Source: Yuukianura sp. NJ FZ-2021 (Eukaryota). From it: DNA of 64,000 bases. The notes under the pieces are model-generated. The model was not told the origin of the DNA. It did no database searches and saw nothing but the letters and a program-made list of their open reading frames with translations. Location: the NCBI GenBank assembly GCA_046563655.1, contig CM102286.1, positions 7,502,001 to 7,566,000 on the forward strand, written 5' to 3'. Position 1 is the stretch's first letter; each line of letters starts with the position of its first letter. Shown here one piece after another: positions 11,388-23,800 of the stretch. The position numbers and the translations under genes were made by a program.

Positions 11388-12329
11388 ATGTCCACACGGG
11401 GGAGAGGCAATAGTTCAAGTAGCAATTCAAAAGCCGGATTCACAGGTCGAGGTCGTGGGTCAAAGTCTACTGTCGTACAACAGTTCAAAACTCCTGGATT
11501 TGAGGGGCGCCTGGACAGATTTTGTGTATTCTGCGGCCAGGTGAATGTGAATCAAGCTCTTTATAAAACAGGTATGCTAAATACATAATTAATCGTTTTA
11601 CAAAATTACTTCAATACAGAAGCATTTTTGTCTTATTAGGTCGATGTGAAGTTGCAAACTGTCGGTTGCTAGTACCGGGAAGAGCACGTCCTACCCACCG
11701 CTTTAATTGGATTCATTGTAGATCGTGTGATGCTTTTATACATGGTAAAGAAGCAATTAACATAATTAAAATAACTTAAAGCCTAAGATAACCGAAATCA
11801 CAGCCGGTCCACATATCACAGTCCGTTACAATATCACAGATAATTACAATATCACAGTAACCGGGAATATCAGTCAAGTACTTATCGGATGATAACCATA
11901 ACTTTCATTCCTACTTACATCTAGATGACTTCTACTTTTGTAACATGTGCGGAGTCTCAACCCCGGACGACACCGGAATCAAAAAAACTATTGTTGAAGT
12001 CCGTCGACGTTTGTTTGAGAAAAACCCTGTGAATTACCAAAAGCAGGGAGTGGTGTCAACGTCAGAATTAGGAGGTATGTACTACCCATCTTTCACAGTC
12101 CGCTTAATATTCACGCTTTCGTTTTTATCGGAGTCCGATTTATATCACACTTTGTTTCGATCATTGTTTTGTTTCATTTTTATCAGGGGACACTTTTTTG
12201 GGTACTCCAAAGAAAGTGAAGGAAGCTGCGATGAAGTCCATGGAATCAGATGAGGAGGGGGATGAAATTTTGGCTTCAGTCTTGGATCCAGGGGATGAAG
12301 TGGTCCCAGCAAAAAAAAAAGAGAATTGA
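11388..12329 (+). CDS. Helitron passenger gene, 193 aa: RG-rich N-terminus, double zinc-ribbon-like region, acidic tail; exons 11388-11571, 11640-11744, 11925-12074, 12187-12329
   Basis: Three phase-1 GT-AG introns join into one open frame. Cys pattern FCVFC...CEVANC...CRSCDAFIHDDFYFCNMCG. Confidence 0.7.
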
Positions 12330-14101
12330 GGACGGAGAAGTGGACTGTTAAACTCAAAAGCAACCGACACATTCAATCAACTTCATTCTTCTAAAGTAGT
12401 GTCACAAAAGTTTGAAATGTAGATGTAAGATTGTCCATTCTAAGATAAAATAGCTGACGTTTGACGTTAGACAACATTCTAAAAGTTGGTATAAGTGCGT
12501 AAATGGTGTAATGTGTAAACGGAGATTGGGTGTTTCATGAACGTCAGAATGAAGTAGTGCTTAACGTCTTTTAAGCTTTATGTTAACTTCAATTTTCTAA
12601 AACCAAAGCCATCCAGTTGTGTTTAAAATTTTAAGTTTGTAAATTTTAAGTAATTATACGAACTTCGAATTATTAGAAATTTTCAGTTTAGTTTCCGAAT
12701 TATTAGAAATCAAAACCAATAAATTTACTAATTTCCAGTCCTTTCAAAACTGAAAAACAAAGTTGTAAATGTAAAAAAGTAATACCATATGCAGTGTTCG
12801 AATTGCCTAAGATAAGATTTCTACCGGTGGAACTAAATTTCGGAATGTGGTGCGTTAAAATAAACTTTTATTTAACTTCCGAAAATTGGGATCTACGATT
12901 TGGTTTAAAAATGAATTTATATTAATTTTCCGAAATATGTTATTGTTAAAAATTGGTGGTCTAATTACAAAAATTTTCCAAGAATAAGAATTGAAAACGC
13001 ATTTTGTGTCAACTTTTTAGTAGTTGTGTTAGGCCTGAGAAGAAGCAGAATGAGATTGATCTTCAAAGTTCCAAGTAGGCATTTTGGAACCTGTTTAGAA
13101 AGTTTAATGTTTAATTAATTTTCAACCTTGTGTGATTCGTTCTTATGTTCTAAAAATGAATTTTAAAATCTGTCTAAAAACTTATTGCAACTGGACTTAT
13201 TACATTTTTTGTGTTAAAGTAAACTTCCAGTTTTGCAATAGATTCTGGTTTTGGTAAAAGTTCCCATGCTGTTGGTTTCTGAGTTGAGTGAGATGGAATT
13301 TGTGGAAGTCTGTGCTTGGAGAAGTAATGTAAAAGGTACACCCCAGGATCGTTCCACTCTTCCACACAGAGAGTTTTTTGTACATATAGTTTGCATTGGC
13401 ATGGGCTTTAGCATTGAGTGGGACAGAGCAAGCAACACTCGTCAATTAGAGTATGATATTCTAATCTGGTATTTGACTCTATAATTGTTTAGTCGTGCAA
13501 CTTTTGTAAAAGCTTGCAAGGTTAAGTTAATTTTAGAAACCACCAGAAAAAGTAACGCAAGAGTTTCTTACATAGGCTAGAAGTTGTAACGATGGAAGAC
13601 ATTCTATCCATTAGATCCGGCGGGTTACAAACAAAATGTTAGCCTCTGTGGTTGGTCAAAACTTCCGGTTACACTTAGATGCTACGATGCTAGTCAACTT
13701 ACGTCAGCGAATCCTCCATTACACTCTTAAAATAATGATTAGGACGATTGAACGGCGTTTTTGTTGAGCCCGAGCAAGCAAATAAAAAAAAAACTTGCAA
13801 GTGTAATAGGGTGACTAAAACTTCAAAAATGCATGCTTGAACCTCAAGAGCGGCTAAAACGAGATAAAGCGTGTATACCGTCCTTTACTCCTTGGATAAT
13901 TAGTTAATAAAGCCTTTAGATAATTGCAATTTTACGTGCAGTTGTGAAATGCGCATGGTTGATCAAATGTTAATAGAGAGTAATTGGAACTCACTTTATA
14001 GAGTTTACAGAATATAAATATAGAATATTGAACGCTGCATATTCTATATTTTGCGATTATGAGAAATACAGAAAAGTTCTATATTTGGATTAGGAAATAT
14101 A

Positions 14102-14326
14102 CAGTGACCGCCAACTAAAAGAGTACACCCAAAAATCAGTATTTTGTTGAATTTACGCCACTGTGGAGGGAAAACGAGTGAAACAACTCGATTTTCATAA
14201 ATTCCATCATAAGAGTTAACTAAAGTTTCAAATTTTGAGATAGCTCTCCCCTCATGTTTACATAAGTTTTAACATGTTTCTATGGAAACAAGATGGGGGT
14301 GTTACTCTTTTAGCTGGTGGTCACTG
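14102..14326. mobile_element. Tc1-type MITE
   Basis: Inverted ends cagtgaccgccaactaaaagagtacaccc / gggtgttactcttttagctggtggtcactg, flanked by TA. Confidence 0.85.
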
Positions 14327-15079
14327 TACAATACAGGATGAAAAACTCGCAAAACTACGCAACGCAACGCGTAGTTTCTAGGACAATAGCCGTGGTTTTA
14401 AACTTGACGCTACTTGATGTCGCCAATTTTTCCGTTTCGAATGAAAATTTGGGGGATGGTAGTCCCCTACGGGATAGCTCGAACTCCCCTGGTCATTTGA
14501 CATTTGACCTCCCCGGTCAAAGGTCAAAGTCAAAATAAATTTTAAACTGTGCATAAACTGCGCACAAAATGCGCATAAACTGCGCAGTATATCATTTTTG
14601 GAGTTACCTGGAATTGGAATTTTTGGAATTTTCCAGAAATTCTTATATATGTTCTGAATCAGCTTTATCAAGCACTTTCCAACAAGAAATGACTAGCATG
14701 GGGTTGTCTCTCATAAGGTCAAGCGGTGACCACAGAGGTCAATGACCACAAATCACGAAACCATTGAAAAATTGCCTAGATAATATGAATAGCTTTTGAT
14801 TGCCACCAGTCCGATGACAATCGCTTAACAATTGACGAAACTACCAAATTTTCTAATCTCAACTCAAATTGCTAAATCTAATGTGAACAAGTTTCGGAAA
14901 AACTGGTCTTGGTTCAACAGTATAAAACCAAGTCAATCCAGCATAAAGCTAACCCAGAAAAAGATTTGAAAGGTTGCAGGCGATAAATAAGATTTAGAAT
15001 TTGCGTCAAGACTTTTTTTTTTAAATCTCGTCATAATTGTCAAGATTAGTTTGAGCGCATTAATACTTCCTAATACAGG

Positions 15080-16081
15080 ATGAATCATTTTGGAGCATAC
15101 TTTGCTGGAAAAAATATTTTGGTTACTGGAGCCGCTGGGGGTAATTATTTTTAACCCAAAAATTACACGTAAAAAAAGCACATTTTTGAAAATACATAAT
15201 ATTTTTTGTGTGTTTTAGCCTTAGGTAAAGGGCTAACTAAAAGTTTATACAATTTCAATGCAAACGTAACGGCTGTGTCACGAAATAAGTTAAAATTGGA
15301 CAAATTAAAACAAGAATTTCCAAAACTTGACACAATTTGCTTGGATTTGAGAGACTGGGATGCCACGAGAAAGAGATTGGATCAAATCGAAGCTCCGTTT
15401 GATGGAATAATTAACAACGCAGGCGTAGCATTCACAGAGACTATAATGAAAACTACGCCAGAAATTTTAAAATCGTAAAACATGAACTTACTAATAACAA
15501 AATTCCGAAACGGTTTCAATAGAGGTATTTCTAGATTTTGTTTCAAATGTTTGTAGGACGATAGATGTGAACGTGTTGGGTACAATAAACACCACACAAG
15601 CTCTTGTGCCCAAGATGATCAACGCTGGAAAGGAAGGCTCAATTGTCAACATCTCTTCTTTAGTAAAAAAAAAAAAAATCAAAAACCTTTTTGTGTGAAT
15701 TTTTCAGAAGCATTTTTTTTTAATTTTTAGACTTCCGTGCGTGGGTCCAATTTGGGTGCCAGTTATTCCGTTTCCAAAAGTGCTTTAAACATGGTTACAC
15801 AACTTATGGCTGTTGAACTCGGGAAACATGGGATTCGGGTCAATGCACTTTGCCCATTTGGATTTGAATCTGACATGATGTTTGACGCTGTAAAAAAACT
15901 TTTTGGCGGAGAAAAAGGAATGCAACGTCGGAATGACAAAACTGTTCGTCGAATTCCGCTGGCAAAACCACTTCTGCAGGTGGAGGAGGTCGTCAACGCC
16001 ACTTTGTTCGTTTTGTCAGGAGCTGTCCCAATGCTTACAGGGCATCCACTCGTGATTGATGGTGGATTCACGCTTACATGA
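15080..16081 (+). CDS. Short-chain dehydrogenase/reductase, L-xylulose reductase (DCXR)-like, copy 1 (4 exons)
   Basis: Spliced motifs ILVTGAAGALG, INNAGV, GSIVNISS, catalytic YSVSK, GIRVNALCP and C-terminal TGHPLVIDGGF. Confidence 0.9.
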
Positions 16082-16781
16082 CCTTGGCCTCAAGCTCAAC
16101 CAAAATTTAGACACAATTAAATTGAACGACAAGAATTTCCAGTTAATTTACAATCATTGCACAATCGTTCTAATTCAACATTACATTCGTTTAAACAGAA
16201 TTTTTCTAATGTATTTATTTGAGTCTGTAATCATGTGAGTTAATTTAGTTTAAAAAATACCAAAAAAATGAGGACACTCTTCCACTACAAAATTTTGCGA
16301 ACAGAACCGACAGAAATAATTTTCCTACAAGCGTTTAAGGTACTCTGCTTCCTCGTTATTTTTCCGTGCGTTGTTTTTCAATTCTGTATTTTGACGAGTT
16401 TGATTTGAATTCGGATGCGGAGCAAGTTGTAATTTTAATTGAATTTGCTTTAACTTCACAATTAAACTCCTAATTTGCTAATGCTTAGAGATAGTTAATT
16501 GATCAACACTCTACTTGTAAATTTCCCATATTGTGGTGGTAATCTGAACACATTTCGCAAAAACTGCTCTGGTCTTCTATAGTATAAAACCATGGTATAA
16601 GTCGAAAACCTGGAAAGAAGATTTGCAATTCAGAGCTGCAACTTGCAGCCGAAAACCAAAATTTAGAATTTGGTTACAGCGGAAAAGCGCGAGATTTGCT
16701 ATTTGCGTCAAACTTTTACTTAACCACAACATAATTGTCAAGATTAGTTAGTGGATTAAATACACAAATTCCGGATACATG

Positions 16782-18002
16782 ATGAATCAATTTGGAACAT
16801 ACTTTGCTGGAAAAAATATTTTGGTTACTGGAGCCGGCGGGGGTAATTAACTTGCATAACCGAAAAATTACATAAAGAAGTATACAGTGAGGCCCAGCTA
16901 AAAGAGTACACCCCTATTTTATTTCCATAGAAACGAGTTAAAACTTTGGTAAACATGAGGGGAAAACTAACTCAAATTTTGAAACTTTTGTAAACCAGTA
17001 TGAAGAACTTTTCGCAAATCGCGTTCTTTCACTCGTTTTCCCTCCATAGTTTCGAAATCAAACAAATTTCTGATTTTTGGGTGTACTCTTTTAGCTGGGT
17101 CTCACTGTATATCTGAAAATAAAGTAATATTTTGTGTGCTTTAGCCTTAGGTAAAGCGCTAACTAAAAGTTTATACAATTTCAATGCAAACATAACGGCC
17201 GTGTCGCGAAATAAATTGAAACTGGACAAATTAAAACAAGAATTTCCAAAACTTGAGACAATTTGCTTGGATTTGCGAGACTGGGATGCCACAAGGAAGA
17301 GATTGGATGAGATCGAAGCTCTGTTTGATGGAATAATTAACAACGCAGGCGTAGCATCCACTGAGACTATAATGCAAACTACGCCAGAAATTTTAAAATC
17401 GTAAAACATATACTTATAAATTACAATGTTCCGAAAAGTTTTTTCTAGAGGCATTTCTAAATTTTGTTTGTAATGTTTGTAGGACGATAGATGTCAATGT
17501 GTTGGCTGCAATAAATACTACGCAAGTCCTTGCGTCGAAAATGATCAATGCTGGAAAGGAAGGTTCCATCGTCAACATCTCGTCTTTAGTAGAAAAAATT
17601 TTTTTTTGTTTAAAAAATTTTCAGAAAAAGTAATTTTGTCTAAAATCCTAGGCCGCGGTGCGTGGATCGAATTCGATTGCCAGTTACTCCATTTCTAAGA
17701 GTGCTTTGAACATGGTCACACGACTTATGGCTGTTGAACTCGGGAAACATGGAATTCGGGTGAATGCACTTTGCCCGTATGGATTTGAATCGGAAATGAT
17801 GTTTGAAGCGGCTAAAATACTTTATGGCGGGGAAGAAGGAATGCAGCGTCGCAATGACAATGCTGTTCGTCGAATTCCGCTGGCAAAACCACTTCTGGAG
17901 GTTGAAGAGGTCGTCAACGCCACTTTGTTTGTTTTGTCGGGAGCTGTCCCTATGCTTACAGGACATCCGCTCGTGATTGATGGTGGGTTCACGCTTACGT
18001 GA
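16782..18002 (+). CDS. SDR, DCXR-like, copy 2 (4 exons; MITE in intron 1)
   Basis: Same exon structure, with VTGAGGALG, NNAG and YSISK. Confidence 0.9.
16885..17107. mobile_element. Tc1-type MITE in intron 1 of SDR copy 2, same family as 14102-14326 in opposite orientation
   Basis: Ends cagtgaggcccagctaaaagagtacacc / gggtgtactcttttagctgggtctcactg with TA duplication. The empty site is visible in intron 1 of copy 4. Confidence 0.9.
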
Positions 18003-19405
18003 CCTTATCGCCTCAAGGTCAACCAAAATTTAGACGTAGAAGCAAATAAATTTTACGACATAAATTACCATTGTGTTTACCATTACAATAATCCTAGCCT
18101 AACTTTATAAAAGTTAACGTAAGTGGTTCTTAAATACGTAAGCAATTAATTATAATAACGATAAAAGTCAATCTACCCATTCTATCAGGCGGATAAAAAC
18201 AAATGTTAGTTGGTCAAAACATGCGGTTACATTAGATGCAATTCAACCGTACGTCATCCGAATCATCCACTATTATGCACCTTAAATTGTGATTATTAGG
18301 ACGATTCAACGGGTCTGAGGCGTGGACCCAGCAAGCTGTGTTGCGCAAAGCTGGTAATGTATTTCAAACAAAACTTTTCATTTATAAATTGGAATAATAT
18401 GGCTGAAATTTGAAAATTTATTTTGTATTTTCAACCGAAAGCACAATAGCGGCTAAAATGAGATAACTCATTAATACTGTCCAACTTTACTGTTTACTCC
18501 TTGTAATAGCATTAATAAAGTTAACTAACGATAAGAATGCTTCGTATTCTTACTGGGGCTTCGCCACAGAGCCGTTCAACCGTCGTAATTCACAATTTAG
18601 ACTTTTCGTCCGACAACTTCAATCAAATCAAAGCACCCACCCAACGCAACCTTTGACCTCAACCCATGGTTCCACGCCTGAGTTACCATGGCGTCGTTTC
18701 AAGCACATTTAAAAATACCCAAATGATTTTTGCAAGGCCTTGTTTCAATTAAATTCTATGATACCCAAGCGTCAGAGAAAAGTTAAAAACAAATAATCCG
18801 CCGCACTTAAAAATTTCACAAAGGAGAATTAATAGCCGCTTGTGGGAACATCTTAGAAACCGCATGTGTCTTTTTGTTTAAGTTGCCTTGAGTAGTACAA
18901 TAGATTTTTCGATAATTTTAATTTTACGTTCAGTTACGTAAAATGCCTATTGTTGATCTAATGTTAATTTGAAGCCGCAGTTAAAGCCGACCGACCTTCT
19001 TCTTCTATAAAGTTTTCGGAACAGAGCCGACGGAAAAGGTATTCTGCTTTTTTGTAATTTTTTTATTGTCATTTGATTTCGTAATTTGGAGTAATTTTAA
19101 ATGTTAAGTTGCTTTAACTCCACATTCAAACTCCTAATTATTTAATACCAGGAGACAGGCAGTTGATTAACACTCTACTTGCAAATTTTCCAAATTGTAG
19201 TGCTAAATCTAAATGTGAACACATTCCTAAACCTAGCTTGATCTTCAGCAGCAGTATAAGTATAACACCAAGCCAATAGTGTATAAAGCTAAGCTACAAA
19301 AGATTTGCAGTTTGGTTGAAGCCGAAAAATAGGTTTTGGAATTCGCGTCAAGACTTTTTTTTTTGAATTTCGCGGGAATTTGCAAAAACTACTTCTGGAT
19401 AAAGG

Positions 19406-20393
19406 ATGAATCATTTTGGAGCATACTTTGCTGGGAAAAATATCTTGGTTACTGGAGCCGCCGGGGGTACTTGTTTTTAACCAAAAAATTTCATTAACAA
19501 AGTAAACATTTAAAGATAATATAATTTTGATTTTTAGCTTTAGGTAAAGGGCTGACTAAAAGTTTGTACAATTTCAATGCAAACGTAACGGCTCTGTCAC
19601 GAAATAAGTTGAAATTGGAAAAATTAAAAGAAGAATTTCCGAAAGTTGAAACAATTTGCTTGGATTTGAGAGATTGGGATGCTACACGGAAGAGATTGGA
19701 TCAAATCGAAGCTCCGTTTGATGGAATAATTAACAACGCAGGCGTAACATCCACTGATACTATAATGCAAACTACGCCGGAAATTTTAAAATCGTAAAAT
19801 ATGTCTTTACAAAATACAAAAAGACGTTTTATATCGGCGTTTTTCTGGATTTTGTTTGGAATATTTGTAGGACGATAGATGTGAACGTGTTGGGTCCAAT
19901 AAACACCACGCAAGCTCTTGTGCCCAAGATGATCAAAGCTAAAAAAGAAGGCTCAATTGTCAACATCTCTTCTTTAGTAAAAAAAAAAAATTAAAGCCTT
20001 TTTTGTTTGAATTTTTCAGAAGCATTAATTTTTTAAAATTTTTAGACTGCCGTGCGTGGGTCCAATTTGCTTGCCAGTTACTCCGTTTCCAAAAGTGCTT
20101 TGAACATGGTCACACAACTTATGGCTGTTGAACTCGGGAAACATGGGATTCGGGTTAATGCACTTTGCCCATTTGGATTCGAAGCGGAAATGATGCTAGA
20201 AGCGGTAAAAATACATTGTGGCGAAGGAGGAATGAAAGTTCGCAATGCCAAAACTATCCGTCGAATTCCGCTGGGACGGCCACTTCTTGAGGTTGACGAG
20301 GTCGTCAATGCCACTTTGTTTGTTTTGTCAGGAGCTGTCCCAATGCTTACAGGGCATTCACTCGTGATTGATGGTGGATTCACGCTTACATGA
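19406..20393 (+). CDS. SDR, DCXR-like, copy 3 (4 exons)
   Basis: Same exon structure, with VTGAAGALG, NNAG and YSVSK. Confidence 0.9.
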
Positions 20394-21120
20394 CCTTGGC
20401 CTCAAGCTCAACCAAAATTTAGGCATTATAGACGCAAATAAATTGTAAGACAAGAATTTCCAGTTAAATTAAAATCATTGCACAATCGTTCAAATTAAAC
20501 GTTACGTTTGTTTAAACAGAATTTTTCTAATGTATTTATTTGAGTCTGTAATCAAGTGAGTTAATTTAGTTTAAAAAATACCAAAAAAAATTAACGCAAG
20601 CGGTTCTTACATACACTGGTAGTTAATTATAATAACGATAAACGGCACTCCACCGATTAGATCAGGCGGGTCTCGTTATTTTTCCGTGTGTTATTTTTTA
20701 ATTTTATACTGACAAATTCGATTTAAATTCGGAGTACGCGTTAAATTTAACTGAATTCGCTTTAACTTCCCAATTAAATTCCTAATTTGCTAATGTTAAA
20801 CGATACTTTAATTCATTAAAATTCTACTTGTAAATAACCCATATTGTGGTGGTAAATTTTAATGTGAACACGTTTAGCAAAAACTGCTCTTGTCTTCAAT
20901 AGTATAAAACCATGGTATAAATCGAAGCCCTGGAAACAAGATTTGGAATTTAGAGTTGCATGCTGCAAGCTGCAACTTGCAGCCGAAAACCAAACTTTGG
21001 AATTTGGTTAAAGCAGAAAAGCGAGATTTGCTCTATTTGCGTCAAACCTTTATAATAACCACGACATAATTGTCAACATTAGTTAGGTACTTGATTAAAT
21101 GTACAACTTCCGGATACAGG

Positions 21121-22116
21121 ATGAATCAATTTGAAGCATACTTTGCTGGAAAAAATATTTTGGTTACTGGAGCCACCGGGGGTAATTATGTTGAATAATC
21201 CAAAACTTACATAAAGAAGTAAATATCTGAAAATAGAATAATATTTTGTGTGTTTTAGCCTTAGGTAAAGCGCTAACTAAAAGTTTATACAATTTCAATG
21301 CAAACGTAACGGCCGTGTCACGAAATAAATTGAAACTGGACAAATTAAAACAAGAATTCCCGAAACTTGAAACAATTTGCTTGGATTTGAGCAACTGGGA
21401 TGCCACAAGGAAGAGATTGGATCAAATCGAAGCTCCGTTTGACGGAATAATTAACAACGCAGGCGTAGCATCCACTGAGACTATAATGCAAACTACGCCA
21501 GAAATTCTAAAATCGTAAAACACATTACTTACAAATTACAATGCTCCGAAACGTTTCTTCTAGAGGCATTTTTAGATTTTGTTTGCAATGTTTGTAGGAC
21601 GATAGATGTCAATGTGTTGGCTGCAATAAACATTACGCAAGTCCTTGCGTCCAAAATGATCAAGGCTGGGAAGGGAGGTTCCATCGTCAACATCTCGTCT
21701 TTAGTAGAAAAAATTTTTTTTTTTGAAAAATTTTCAGAAAAATTAATTTTGTCTAAAATTCTAAGGCCGCGATGCGTGGATCGAATTCGATTGCCAGTTA
21801 CTCCATTTCTAAGAGTGCTTTGAACATGGTCACACAACTTATGGCTGTTGAACTCGGGAAACATGGAATTCGGGTGAATGCACTTTGCCCATATGGATTT
21901 GAATCGGAAATGATGTTTGAAGCGGCAAAAATACTTTATGGCGGGGAAGAAGGAATGCAGCGTCGCAATGACAATGCTGTTCGTCGAATTCCGTTGGCAA
22001 AACCACTTCTGGAGGTTGGCGAGGTCGTCAACGCCACTTTGTTTGTTTTGTCAGGAGCTGTCCCAATGCTTACAGGGCATTCACTCGTAATTGATGGTGG
22101 ATTCACGCTTACCTGA
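21121..22116 (+). CDS. SDR, DCXR-like, copy 4 (4 exons)
   Basis: Same exon structure, with VTGATGALG, NNAG and YSISK. Confidence 0.9.
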
Positions 22117-23800
22117 ACTTGAGATAGATCAACTAAACATACGAGTTGTAGAAACAAATTTGCACGTACCTACAGCGAAAATCACAAGGGAAATTACAAT
22201 AATACAATCATCGTAAGTTACGATTTACGCTCGCTTAAATAGCATAAATCTAATCTAGTACTTGAGTCTGTTGTCTCACCATGTAAGTTTTGTAAGCATC
22301 TCAGTTAATTTAAATTAAAAATCATCCAAAAATTTACGTAAGCGGTTATTACATACGTAAGCGAAGCAGTTATTTATCCTAAAGCATTCCAATAATTTAA
22401 ATAAGGTGGGTTCAAACAAATGTTACTTCAATGGTTGGTCAAAATTTCCGGTTACAGTAGATTCAATTCAAGCGTAAGTCAGCCGAAGAAACTATTTCCA
22501 ATCAATGCCACAGTGTTCAAAGCGATATGCGCTTAGCGATATGTTATTTACAGCAATCCATTAACTAAATTCTAATCTTGATGAAACTTGAAGCTAATCC
22601 AAGTACAATAATAAAGTCTCTTCATTTTTTGATTTTCTTCAACTTTGCTAGAATTAAATGCTAAACTGCCTACATTCCTTTGTGGTGTGGTGCGGCAATT
22701 TCTAAAGTGCAGATTTTCACTCGCTTGTTGTCATGGTGTATTTTTTTACGATCAGGGCCATTTTAGGAGTGGTTGGGTCGTACAATTAAGAACCGATATA
22801 GTTCTGGACATGTTTATTGGTAACTTTCAGTTATTATAAAACTCAACCTAACATCAAAATCAATGTCTGATTGTCATTGCTAAGAAACAATTTTGATAAG
22901 GTGCCGTCCGTTGCAGTTTATTTTGTGCATTACGAGTTGTACAACACAATGGGTTCCATTCTAACCCGTCCAAAAGTGTCCAGTTATTACATTATTAGAC
23001 CTCTCACCCACCTCTTGCCCCAGCAAAGCAATCTGGTTGGTTATTTTCCTCTCTCCAAGGATTTAAAACTGTAAACAAGATTAGACTGTGCCCCGCCTTC
23101 ATTTCCCTATAGCAAAATTTGGCATATTACAAGAGTCAGCAGAGGATACATCCGATATAATTCACATGGTTACTGTTAGTCACTCTCCCTCCTTTTTGTT
23201 CAGTCAAAAGATTTAAGAACCTATCCTTCCCTCGTTCCCTCCAAGAATACGGAAAATATTTGCCAACTGACAAAGAGGTCATTCGACGTCATTACTATTG
23301 TCCTAGTACTACAATAATCCTAAAAAGCCAATTTTGGTTCGTCCTTGGGTAAAGAATAACCTTCAAGAGTCACTTGTATCCGTGAGTAGTAATTCAATTG
23401 AAGCTAAAGTCGCCATTGAAAGTTGAAATTTTTCCAAAACCACAGAATATAAGAGAAGAGAAGCTTGTGTTCCTGATCTAGGTCAACTAGTACTAGGGGC
23501 AGTTGGGAACTGAAGTCTATGTTTACTACAAGTTCTGGAATGGCCAATATCTCCTCCAAATACTTCAACGCCAGTGTCGTTTTTCAAATACTGTTGTCCA
23601 CCTCCAGCGGTCCGAGTCCTAGTTTCTGTTGGAACAGTTGCAGTAGTAGTCTCAGTCTTAGTTTTGTGTAAATAGTCTAGTCATAACGTTTCGCCGTTGT
23701 GTCATCGTTAACGATTACATTTACGTATCCCCCTCCATCAATTATACCGTGAACTCGGAAATAAGTAGACAAGGAGCTAAAGGTCGACGCAGGCAATAAG

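Larger units (their letters stand above)
5636..13456 (-). mobile_element. Autonomous-type Helitron, about 7.8 kb
   Basis: Minus-strand 3' end CTAG|T at 5636-5639 with subterminal hairpin cgtgatgt-ttac-acatcacg, and 5' end A|TCATACTCTAATT at 13456. The flanks rejoin as atcataaa|tattctaatctggta, similar to the SDR copy-4 flank agcataaatctaatctagta. Contains the RepHel ORF. Confidence 0.85.

Noticed and set aside
11640..11955. PHD finger call for the Helitron passenger gene
   Set aside because: It lacks the HxxC ligand spacing; CxxC-x10-CxxC fits a zinc ribbon better.
14919..15010. TATA-like agtataaaacc and ttgcgtcaa motifs upstream of the SDR genes
   Set aside because: Conservation is expected from recent duplication, so function cannot be supported from sequence alone.
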